From Azolla caroliniana (Eukaryota; Plantae; Polypodiophyta), in assembly GCA_043228905.1 (NCBI GenBank), contig JBHGNT010000020.1, positions 7,626,001 to 7,690,000 on the forward strand: a stretch of 64,000 bases of DNA, written 5' to 3'. Shown in pieces: positions 52,901 to 64,000 of this stretch. The notes below the pieces were generated by a model. The model did no database searches, had not been told where the DNA came from, and saw only the letters and a program-made list of their open reading frames with translations. Positions within the stretch are counted from its first letter, which is position 1. The number at the start of each line of letters is the position of its first letter. Both the position numbers and the translations under genes were made by a program.

Positions 52901-53843
52901 TGTTAGGAAATAGGTCCCTCCGAATGGGATGACCTCGAGCGGGATTGGAGTCCAAAGAACTAGAACCAAAAGGAGAGGGAGAACCAGACTGTATGGATCC
53001 AAAGGAGAGAGTCGGATGAGGACCTAGACAAGAGACCAGATTTGGAGCCGGACCGGCCGGAAGGCATCCGATCGGATCCGGAAATGGATACATTTGTAAA
53101 TATGTTTTTTGGTGCACCTGCAATAGGCCATATTTGTAAATAGCCCATAGTATGTATTAATATAAATACATCTAGGGCAAATCATTATGAAAACGTATGT
53201 TAGTGTAACTAGTGTGTAGGAAAGAGTCTGTGTGAGATTGTAACTCTGTTGTAATCGTTGTTTGACAAAGAGGAGTTCAAGGTTGTTGCCTTAGAGTCTC
53301 TTGTGTATTTCCTCCTACCATAGTGATATAGTTCGGAGTTTGTGGACTCCCGTGATTTTTCCCATTTAGGGTTTTCCACTTTAAAATATTTGTGTCTTTG
53401 TACTTTCATTTCCGTTTACTTGTTATTTCTTTGCACCCGCATACGCATATGTATTAACCGGTTGTGGTCGGCTCATTATGCTACATATTAATAACAAACT
53501 GGTATCAGAGTGATGGATGAGCATCTAGGAAGCATGTTCAAACTTACGGGCTCCAACTATTCAGTGTGGAAGTCAAAGATACGTGATATGTTGGTGTGCA
53601 GGGATCTCTTGCTATCGGTGTAGTTCGAGGATGAGAAGTAGGAAAAAATTGATGCATCGACTTGGGAGGTAATGCATATGAAGACAAAGGTATATATAAG
53701 ATGTTTTATAGACATGAGTCTATATAACAACTTCAATGAAGAGACCAAGGTAGAAGTCCTTTGGAAGAAGATCAATATAATGTTTGAGAACAAGAATGTC
53801 GTCAATAGAGTCTCAATATTCCGGAAGATTGTGAGACTCCGAT
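52901..53843 (+). mobile_element. Copia 5' LTR, PBS and gag start (truncated)
   Basis: LTR 52901-53496; TGGTATCAGAG at 53500; gag 'MFKLTGSNYSVWKSK', similar to element B. Confidence 0.88.
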
Positions 53844-56800
53844 TGTCACGAACGAGTATAATAGAGAGAAAAAGAACAAGACCTTGACTTATGATTCCAT
53901 AATTGGTGTTGTTCACCTTGATTAGAATCAAGGTGCACCTGAGTATTTATACAAGAAGGTAGAGGTATGTATGCTAGCTAGGAATAGAGAATGCATGAAG
54001 ATGCATGCAAGCTAGGGATAGAGAATGCATGTATGCAAGCTAGGAATAGAGAATGCATGAGGATGCATGCAAGCTAGGAACTTCCAATGCTCAATCTACC
54101 ATACATGAAGTTGGATTTTATATAAAAATGCATAGATGGATGTAGTTTAGTTGGTAGGGTTGCCCAATGGAGACCAAGAGGTCTTAGGTTCAATGCCTAC
54201 CTTCCACCGTGGTGTGGCATAATGTCTATGACATTATTCTCCCCTTAAGGCCGTCTCCAAAGATCCGCTACCAACTTCAATGGGTACCGTTGATGAGAAT
54301 CATGAATGGCTTTGGGAGCATTTTGTAAATGTGTAACCGGTTCCCACGTGGCATCCGAAATGGGGCAACCTTTCCATAAGACCAAATATTGAAGTCGTCG
54401 CCGCCGCAAGCGGGAGTCAAGGATTTGGTCAACCTCGTGCTCCTCCCATGTCGATAATTCCACGGGTGGTGGTGGAGGAGGTTGTCGTCCCAGAATTCGA
54501 CAAGGATGGTATACTTCAAGGAGAGAGACGTGGAAAACATTGTGAATTCGGAAAGTTGGGGGAAGTGCTAACCAGAATGTGACTGGGTTGATTTGCCCAA
54601 TGATACGAAAGGAACCTAGCTTTTTGTAGTCTAGCTTCGTGCAAGGACGAATGGTGGTGATGTGGCAGCATAGCAACCAAACCATGTCACCGACTGCAAA
54701 GGTCGGCGCGGCCAAGCGATGACGGTTAGCGTGATCCTTATACTGTTTGCCAGCGACACGGGGCTCAAGGGAGAGGTCACGATGGACATCTTGTAAAGTG
54801 CGGGCACACATCTCTGTCAACGGATTGACAGAAATCCTTGGAATGGAAATGTTGAAACGAGGGTGGAACCCATAGTTTGCAAAGAATGGGGAAACCTTAG
54901 TGGAGTCATGGATACTATTATTGTAGGAAAATTCCAGCATGGAAAGGAAGTCCACCCAATCCTCTTGTTGGTAGCTTACTGTACACCGGAGGTATTGTTC
55001 GAGGATTTGGTTGACTCTTTCGGTTTAGCCATCAGTTTGACGGTGGTACGTTGTTGACAAGTTCACAGAAGTCCCAAATGTTTGCTGAAGTCGTCACCAG
55101 AAGTGGGAGATAAACTGAGGACCTCGATCAGAGGTGATACCCGTGGGTAAGCCGTGTAGACGAGTGACATTTTTCAGAAAAAGATCCGTTGTCTCCTCCC
55201 CCGAAATGGTTTTTGAGCATGGGTCAAAGTGAGCCATCTTCGAAAACAGATTGACGATCACTAGCACCGTGTCATGGTCACTGGCGCAAGGGAGATCGGT
55301 TATAAAGTCCATCGAGAGAGAGGCCTAGGGTCGACTGGGAAGCGGATGTGGGTGGAGGAGACCGTATGGACGATGGTGAGTGCCTTTGGAGCGGGCACAG
55401 ATGTCACACGTCTTCATAAATTCTTTGAAAAATTTCCAAGGTTGGGGCCACCAAAACCCCCGAGATAACAACTCCAGTGTTTTCGCGACCCCAAAGTGTC
55501 CGACAAGAGGATCATCGCGGCAATTTTGTAGGACTCGAGTGCAACATGCTCTAGCCGGTACATAAAGGAGATGATTATGTAGAGTAGCCCATACCGAGTT
55601 GTAAAGTGACTGAGATTTAAGCTTTGCATTCCTTGGGATGGGTCATTGATGCATGCCAAGATGTCGGTAGCGAATGGGTCTGCATGGTGGCTAGGGCGAT
55701 TTCGTTGAGCAAGGAATCATCATGAAGCATGTAGGTTGCAAACATTTGGAGTTGATCAAGCCACAATAAACAATGTGATTGCTGAGAATACGTGTCATCA
55801 CTTGGGCGTAACGGAAAATCTGGTCGCTGAGAAAGGGCATCTGCTTTCCCATGTTGAATGCCAGGTCGAAACAAGATTTTGAAGTCGTAGTTGGCGAGAA
55901 AAGATGACCAACGAGCCTGCCTCTGATTCAACATATGATTGGTGGTCAAGTTGATGAGATTCTTGTGGTCAGTCAGTACTTGGATACGATGTTGGGCCCC
56001 AACGAGATAGGGTCATCATTCGGCGAAGGCAGAGATGATAGCTGCAAGCTCCTTGTCGTAGATTGGATAATTGATTTCCGAGGTTGTAAACTTCTGGGAG
56101 GAGAAGGTAACCGGATGTAGTGTGTCGTTGTCATCTGGCTGGGACAAAACCGCACCAATGGTGAAGTCGGATGCATTTGTTTCAACCTGGAAGGGTCTCT
56201 TGGGGTCTGGCTGAACCAACACTAGGGCTAAGAGAAAAGCTTCTTTGAGGGTCTCAAAAGCATCGTGTGCCACAGGGGTCTAGAGAAATGGAGTATCTTT
56301 TCAAGTAAGTTGGATAAGAGGTTGCACAAGAGAGGAAAACCCATCTATAAATCTTCTATAGAAATTTGCGAAACCAAGAAATGATTGTACCTCTTTCATG
56401 TGAGTCGGGAGAGGCCAATCGGTAATTGCCGCTACCTTGCGCCTATCCATTGTGATCTCGGTGGGTGACATCATGTAACCCAAGAATTCGATAGAGGTTC
56501 GATCGAATTCACACTTCTCACTTTTGGTGTAAAGCCCATATTCCTGAAGTTTGGTTAGAATCATCCGGACGTGTTGTGTGTGCTCCTCTAAGTTGGAAGA
56601 AAAGACTAGGATGTCGTCAAGGTAGATTACCACAAAGTGATCAAGGTACTCTCGAAATATATCGTTCATCATGTGCTGGAAGACTGTTGGGGCATTGGTA
56701 AGGCTGAAAGGCATCACCTTGTACTCGAAAGGCCCATAGGTCGTTTTCCACTCGTCCCCAAGCTTGATGCGCACCAGATTGTACGTTCCCCGCAAGTTGA

Positions 56801-57239
56801 TTTTGGAGAAGATACGCCCGATTTGGAGTCGATCGAGGAGTAGTGGAATTAAGGGCAAGGGATAACAATTACGCACTGTAATTTTGTTGAGACCCCGATA
56901 ATCCACACATAGGCAAATAAATTTGGGGCCCCGACCGGTGACTTGGAAGGTTGAATGAAGCCCTTCGCGAGGTTGTCAGCCAGATATGTGCGGAGAGCCT
57001 CAAGTTCGGGTTCCGAGAACCCATAGATCGGCCCAAATGGGGGATGCTCGCCAGCTTGGAGTTCTATTGGGCAATCGTAGGGGTGACGTGCCGGTAACCG
57101 ATCTACATTGTGCTTCTCGAATATATCCAAAAAGTCGCTATATTGTGGAGGCAAATTGTTGACAGGAACGGAGATGTCCCGCGACAAAACGGCCAGTGTA
57201 GAGACCGATCTAGAATTGGCCGCACCAGAATCAAGAGAA
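53844..57239 (-). mobile_element. Tcn1-like chromovirus 3' part (RT, RH, integrase-chromodomain, 3' LTR)
   Basis: LTR 53844-54233 homologous to 29746-30114; PPT near 54238; chromodomain 'EVDQILDSR..QYLVLWKG..DATWEP'; RT 56301-56906. Confidence 0.9.
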
Positions 57240-57511
57240 TGGATTTCTTTCTTCTTCTACCAACTCACCATGCATTTCTTTTTTTGTCTCAATTGACATT
57301 TGGTGTTGCTCCATAAACAGTTGTCGAAGGCATATGAAGCAAGAATTGGCAACCACCTTCAGACTCCCATTGTGGCGAAGATGAATATTGCTTTGCATAC
57401 AACAATGTAGAACCACTTCTATCATTTTTCTTTATCAAGAAAATGTGATTGAAGCTTATATTGTTTAATTGGGCGAGCACTTTAACATTCCCCTCCCCCC
57501 CATCCAATATG

Positions 57512-59741
57512 TGTCAAGACAAAGAGAAAGAGAGAGAAAGAGAGGAAAAGAGATATAGTGTTAAGATAGAAAGAGAGAATTGAAAAGAAAGTATTGTATT
57601 GCAATATAAGATGGAGTACAAAGAGTAGACAGTAGGGAGCTATAGGATGGCGTTGAACCAATTTGGTTTTTGGAGGATTGATAGATCCATGTTTATAAGT
57701 CCCTATAGAGTAATATAGATTACTCTAGAATATTCTAGGACATTCTAGAATATAAAGTAATATAGAATATTCTTATGATATTAGATTATATGTTCTAAAA
57801 ACCATACACATAAACATATTATTACAATCATTAAGGATTTGACATGTGTGTAACAAGGTTGTGGGTTCAAATCCTTTCGAGGCATGATGTGAGTGTCATG
57901 ATGACACTATCCCCCTTCTTCGACGACACGTCTCACAAGTTGTAGGGCTTGTAGTAGAACTTGGTTTATGAGGATAGTCGCAATGAAATGTGGTGACCAT
58001 GTCCGTGGCATTGGAAAGATTTGTTGCAGGTTCCCAAGTTCGATCGTTGGGGGTATAGCCTACCCAATCAACCAAGTAATATAACTTGTTGTGCATGATT
58101 TTAGAATCGAGAATGGAAGCAACCTCAAATTCAGGTCCTTCCAAGAACTCAACTGGTGATGGGGGAGTTATAAGATGACCCGGAATTGAACTTGTGGCAT
58201 AAGGTTCCAAAAGGGATACATGAAAGACCGGATGAAGACGTATGTGCGGAGGGAGGCCAAGACGAAATACAACATCACTTATCTTACCAGTGATCATGTA
58301 TGGGCCAAAACATTGGTAATCCAATTTACCGCAAGGCTGAGTAGTCTTCATGTTGTGTTGGAGAAGCCATACACAATCCCCAACACAGAATTTTTTTGAG
58401 GAATCTAGGCGATGACAATCCGCAAGCCTCTTGTGTGTAACTTGAGCATCATGCAAATTGTGAAGAATGGTAGCGTGAATTTCTTGGAGGCGACTAAGAC
58501 GATCCTTAGCAGCAGGGTTGATAGGCACTTCTGGATGCACATTCATTGTCCACTGAGGATGACGGCCCATATTTGCAAAAAATGGGGAATATCCCGTAGA
58601 CGAATGGACCGAGTTGTTGTAAGCGAATTCAGCCAAGTGCAGAAAATCAACCCAATCATCTTATTGGTAGTTGATGAAACAACGAAGATATTGCTCCAAT
58701 GTCTGGTTGGTATGCTCCGTTTCGCCATTAGTCCCAGGATGATCACTCGAAGAAAGCTTAGCCGAAATTTGGAGAAGTTTGAGTGTGTGCTTCCAAAACT
58801 TTGAGATAAATTGTGGACCTTGATCACTAATAATATGATCTGGAAGACCATGGTGCTTAAATACCTCTCGCATAACCAGATCAACCGTCTCTTGACTAGT
58901 AATAGACTTCATACATGGCAAGAAATGTGCCATTTTGGTAAGTCGATCAACCACTGTGAGAATTGCATCATAACCTTTTGAAACTGGGAGATCGGTAATG
59001 AAATCCAAGGATATAGACTTCCAAGGATTTTCCTGAATGGGAAGTGGTTATAGTAAGCCATAGGATCGGTGTCGAGGACTCTTTGATCGACAACATGTAT
59101 CAAAACTGCGAACATACTCCTCAACAAAATGACGAAGGTGAGGCCACCAATATTGTCGAGAAATTAATTCTAGAGTTTTGCGTTGTCGTGAAGATTTTCG
59201 GCAATGGTGTGAAAATTGCATGGAACGTACAAAATCAAGTGTGGTTCTCCACACACAATATGAAACAATAGTAATGTAGATATTATTTTATATCTTGGTA
59301 CGAAAAGATGGATGCATGTCTTGTAGCCTCACATGCATCATATGCATGGAGGCGTCTATAAAAGAGTGGTTGAAAAAGACAAAAGGGGAGTTATTTATTA
59401 ATCAAGAAATTAAGAGGAAGAAAATTCGTTATTCCATTTTTGTGATGTATTAATCTTGTCTCTCAATCTAAAGTCAAGAATTCTATCTTATCTCAAGTTC
59501 TCTCTCTTTCAGACTATCTTAAATACTTTCTCGCTAAAGCCTGTGCAAACTTCGAATCCTTCCGGTCCAAAACCCCGGCAGTTCCGCCTCACGATCCGCA
59601 CGTAGTGACGAATCTTCACGACAACGTACTCCAAAATGTCCAGCCATTGGTGAGTCATGGTAGTGTTGTAAAACTTGTAGCCGTGGGGGACCATCAGGAA
59701 CATATAGTAGGTTTTGTCGAAATAGAAAACCGCCATGCCAA
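57512..59741 (-). mobile_element. Second chromovirus family: 3' LTR plus integrase-chromodomain
   Basis: LTR 57512-57906; PPT 57907-57918; 'FEVASILDSK..YYLVDWVGY..RTWEP'; integrase 'MDFITDLP', 'HDSPMAGHFG'. Confidence 0.88.
59184..59623. mobile_element. Solo-LTR-like insertion with termini TGTCGTGAAGATT...AATCTTCACGACA
   Basis: Interrupts integrase GHFGVR|KTLELISR; flanks GCGT/ACGT (4 bp, one mismatch). Confidence 0.8.
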
Positions 59742-61800
59742 TAGAATAGACGATAATTATTATGAGGGTTTTTCGACTGCGAGGAAGAAGTACGATCTAG
59801 GACAATATGATCCAAAACATCCTTGGCTCGACATGCCTTGATGAAGTTCGCGATGGAAGATTTGTCGAGGATGACACGACATGCCTTGATGAAGTGGATA
59901 GAGAAGAAAAATAAGAAGATGAGCGCATCAAGGGTGTACGATGAATTCGACCAAATGTTTCGTCATCTCCCCACCATAGACCAAGTGCTACTTGAGGAGG
60001 ATAAAACTTTGTACTTCCTAAAGGTTGTGGATATAAAGGTTAGACGAGAACTGGGTACTCTCCTCGAAGATGATACCCAAGCGAACGGGCTTGTGGCGAA
60101 TTGGGTTGCGGTGAAGCGAGCATGCAATAGGCTCAACAAGCATCGTCAGTGAGTTGATGACACCGACTTGGCGGGATCGACTGTCGCGGAGAAAACAAGA
60201 CAATCGAAAGTAGTTGAGCCGCCCAAACAAAGTAGCCCGGAAGAAAAGAAGATTGATGATGACATCATCAAAGAGCTAGCGAAGAAGTTCGAGATGGTCA
60301 CGCTAGCCAACATGAATCGTCAGGGCCCCAAAGGAAAAGAACCCTTTAGATGCGTGTGGTGCGATTGCATGGACCACATAAGAAGGGATTGCACGAGCCT
60401 TCGAGAGGCGATCCGACAAAATATTGTATACATGGATGACAACATGATCTGCTCGACTGAAACTCGAAGACCCCTACGGGTGAATTTTAGAAGAGGGGGA
60501 ATGAATAAATCTATGGAAGATGCTGAGGCGACTCATGTGGATGCGATCCACTATGCTGCAATGGCTGGAATTAGAGTCGGAAAAGATAAAAATGAAGCTG
60601 CTAGAACGGGAACAATGTTTTGGTCTACCGTTTTCGAGTATGAGAAGAAGGGAAAAGTCACTTCGAACAAGGTAGAGCTTGCGGATCGAAGTTTACAAAG
60701 TATAACCGAATGGTCGGATCCGGTAGATGACAACATCATACTCGCGGAAGTGATGTGTGACAACCACGAGGTGTTCGTGGATGAAAAGAGAAAAAGAATG
60801 GAAGTGCAAGATAGCCCATCAAAAAGACATGAAACAAGGATCACGAAGAAGAAAGAAGATGCAGAAGCAACTCGAGCTTTACAAACGGAGGATGGAGAGT
60901 CAAGCAAACGAGTTGAAGAAACGGTTTGACCCGTGAAGGTTGATGTTGAAGACCCCGCTCAGAAGACAAGAACTATGCCTACCGATAAGCTAAGGTCGGT
61001 CATAGAGCAGACAACATACCTGAAGACAATTCTCGAGGAACGCGTTCTTGATAGCCACATCACTTTGTCCTTGAGGGAATTACTCGGCATTACGAAGGAG
61101 TTCCATGACACGATCGTGGACCTTGTAAAGAGAAAATGGCAACAATCGGACGAGGAAGAAGAGAAGCCACAAAAGGCAAAAACAAATGCCATAACAATGG
61201 CAAGGGACGAAGTCGATGAAGATATGGTGGACAGCCACTATACTCGACCTCATTGGGCATGAGCGATAACGGAGACGCCGGTGAAGATCGGGGAGAAGAA
61301 AGAGACCATGGTAGCCTTGGTTGACCATGGCTCCGAAATCAACCTTATGTCGACTAAAGTCTACAGGAAGGGAAGATGGCCCATAAATACGAACCATGGG
61401 TGGAAGATCCGTGTTGCTACGAAAGCTACCGAAGACTTGTATGGGGCATGTCCTAACATCCCCATCACGATTGGTGATGTCGAGATAGATCAACATTTTT
61501 TTGTTTAAGACTCGGTGTCCCATCCCATCATTCTTGGGAAACCATACATAATATCATCACGGATGGAAACCAAAGTGTTCGACAATGGTGCGGCATTTGC
61601 TCGAGTAAGGATTCTTGATGGGAAGAAGGCCGTACAATTCTTGACTGTATGTGCCAACCATGAAAGGAATCAGGATTGTCTTGGAGAAGATGCTTCAGAT
61701 CTTTAGAGCGGACCATTGAAGCATGGATTGCAATCTCCTTTTGTATGAAGCAGATGATGCTCTAGAGGCTATGACAGACATCTAATTACTGTCTCCCCTT
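59742..61800 (+). mobile_element. Gypsy-type gag-protease fragment related to the Trp-primed element
   Basis: Gag 59823-60152; zinc knuckle 'CVWCDCMDHIRRDC'; aspartic protease 'ALVDHGSEINLMS' 61281-61508; in-frame stops. Confidence 0.8.
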
Positions 61801-62399
61801 TTCAGCAACCTCGCAAGCAAACGCGTGCAACCCATGTATGGAAAACCGTATCTACGGTTACATTATGGATATTATGGAAGTATAGTTGTAAAACATGATA
61901 TGAGTCCATAATTCCTCTTCTCTCAGATATATTGTCGGAATTATGGGGGAGCTTATTGGCGGTTGTGTAGGGGCAATATGACAATATGCCAGGCTCTTCA
62001 GAGGTTGTTCTGAAGAAAAGGAAAAAATTACTGCAATTATGGAAGAAGTTGCCTTTGTTCATAATCTCCTCTCAAAGAACATTATGGAAATATCATCACC
62101 CCTAGTCCTTGCCCTGACCACTTCTTTTGTATATAATACTCTCTGATTTTACATTTTTGGAGCCCTCCAACGCTTTTCTTAATACTATTGAAGGAAATCT
62201 TTTTTTAATAATAAAAAACACCCTTCTCTTTTATCTTATGCCTCACTAGATCTCACTCTTCATCCTCAACTCTAGTTCTTCATTAGTACATACTCCATTA
62301 TCCTCCCCAACACCTCTAACATGACCCTGAACTTTAGAATCTCATGCTAACCCATAATATGTTCCCTCACCCGTGACCATATCAACTGTTGAGATGACA

Positions 62400-63260
62400 A
62401 TATTCTTCTCTACATCTTCCTTATTTTCCCCTTTGACATAGTTTTCCATGGATGGTTCACCATGATGTTGGCATTCAGCCATAAAATGCCCCAATTGACC
62501 ACATTAAAAACAATGTCCTGCAAAAGTTTCCCACTAAAGCTTAAAATGAAATTAACCAAATTGAGATGTATATATACTCAACCATCTTGGAAGTTTACAA
62601 CTCATGTCCCATAACATGCAAAATTTATATTTGTTCAAAGAATTAACATGAAGACTTTACCAATTTGAGGCTTCAATTCTGGTAGTAATTCCCAAAAGAA
62701 TGAGTTACAACAATCAACAGTCACCCAAATTGGACATTGTTGTTTTAATAAATCGTCATATAATCCACCACCGGAACCCATTCCATCATATGCACTAATC
62801 TTCTATAAAAAAAGATTGGTACCTTTGCCATCAAAGCAGTACAATGTTTTGACAATCGGAAAACCACATCATAAAAACCTCTTGGACCCACATACACATC
62901 CTCAATACAATTAGGCATTATGAATGAATTCAACCACGGCTTAATTCATGATACTAAAGGAAGTTTACTAGTGAAATACAAAATAACACCACAATCATAA
63001 GATTTGTTAAAAGTTGTTAACATGGACTTAGTCTCAATCACCATCTCTACGACATCCTCTTCTACACAATCCTTAGCATCTTTCGCATTTTTCTCCATAA
63101 AATCAGAAAGTGAAGCCTTAACAAAATCACAACGATTGTCAACATCATAATCATCACCAACAACATATTTCCCACCAAGAATTGTAGCGTATGATGTTTT
63201 CTCATGGTCTGTAGAATCGATATGTTTTTTTTTGCCGTTTGTAATTTTCACAACCATCAT
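62400..63260 (-). mobile_element. Degenerate LINE ORF1-like remnant
   Basis: 'TSYATILG', 'CIEDVYVGPRGFYDVVF', 'RLVHMMEW' and a zinc knuckle CF*CGQLGHFMAEC near 62470-62520. Confidence 0.55.
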
Positions 63261-64000
63261 GATTTACTACCACATCCATCGACAATCATCCACTCACTTC
63301 TTGCTATCATGTCAGAGATTGAGAGAACTAACCTGAGACAATGACAATTCTCCTTATAACTTCTTGTAGCGACCGCGGAACTTAATGTCCAAATAATCAT
63401 TGGAAAGCTCTCTGAACGAGCTTCGCAACGAGCCAAAAATCAGAAGAAAGGGAGTTCCGAGGACCGAGTTACATACATCAGAAACATGTTTTAACACTAT
63501 CATTGCAACGTCATTGCTAATCTCTCTCAGTCTGTGAAGGTGAAGGTTAGGTTCTGGGTTCAAATCCCATTTCTCTCTGAAGCCCTTCGCTCGTCTCTTC
63601 TCTCTCAAGCCTTTCTCTCTTGTGCGTGGAAAGCTCGGCGATGGCAGACAAGGATGACAGAAAGCGGCACACCTCCTCCTGCTCAGGTAAAAACACAGAG
63701 AGAGAGAGAGAGACATAACGAGATGAGATGAAATAAAGGTTTGTATGACGCCAAAAGCCACAGCCACCCATCATCTTCTGAGTCATAAACGAGTATAAGT
63801 TTCAGGTATATAGTCTAATACAAAAGAATTACGCAAATACACAGTGGGGTCGAATGTTGTCTCATCTATGAATCAAATGATGATGGAGCTAATGAAATGA
63901 GACCATCAAACTACCAGAAGTGTCTACCTGCTGTTGTAATCTCATGTATTTTCTGATCTATCTATGAAATGAAATGATGCTATTAAAATGCGCTCATTTA

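Larger units (their letters stand above)
32004..57511 (-). mobile_element. Second, diverged copy of the Sola-like transposon, fragmented by nested insertions
   Basis: Starts AAGGATCGCGCACAAATGGAGGGATAAGG (compare 15334). Pieces at 32004-32080, 46834-46846, 50777-51388, 51630-51789, 52568-52900 and about 57243-57511 are colinear with 15334-16772. ORFs 51204-51386, 52565-52747 and 57289-57507 are paralogous to the transposase C-terminus. Confidence 0.85.

Noticed and set aside
63354-63786. ORFs near the right end of the window
   Set aside because: Microsatellite-containing with no recognisable domain; possibly a LINE 5' region or UTR.

Overview
Eukaryotic, non-seed land-plant-like (moss/fern/lycophyte-type) genomic DNA. 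One intact host gene is present: an 8-coding-exon RBM25-type RRM/PWI splicing factor at 3255-10508 (+). The rest is a nested transposon pile containing Ty1/copia elements (one triple nest), Tcn1/Tf1-like chromoviruses, a tRNA-Trp-primed gag-only LTR element, LINE remnants and a hAT-like MITE. The standout is a 13.1-kb DNA transposon at 15311-28451 (36-bp TIRs, 4-bp CTCA TSD; about 9.4 kb without a nested LTR element). It carries two divergent genes: a Sola-like DDD transposase, and a spliced gene encoding a ParB/Srx-like domain fused to a prokaryotic-type beta-class amino (N6-adenine/N4-cytosine) DNA methyltransferase. An array of about 10 phased 29-bp palindromes lies in intron 1 of the methyltransferase gene. 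This copy is pseudogenised. A second, diverged and heavily interrupted copy starts at about 32004. All domain calls come from motif reading by eye, not database searches.
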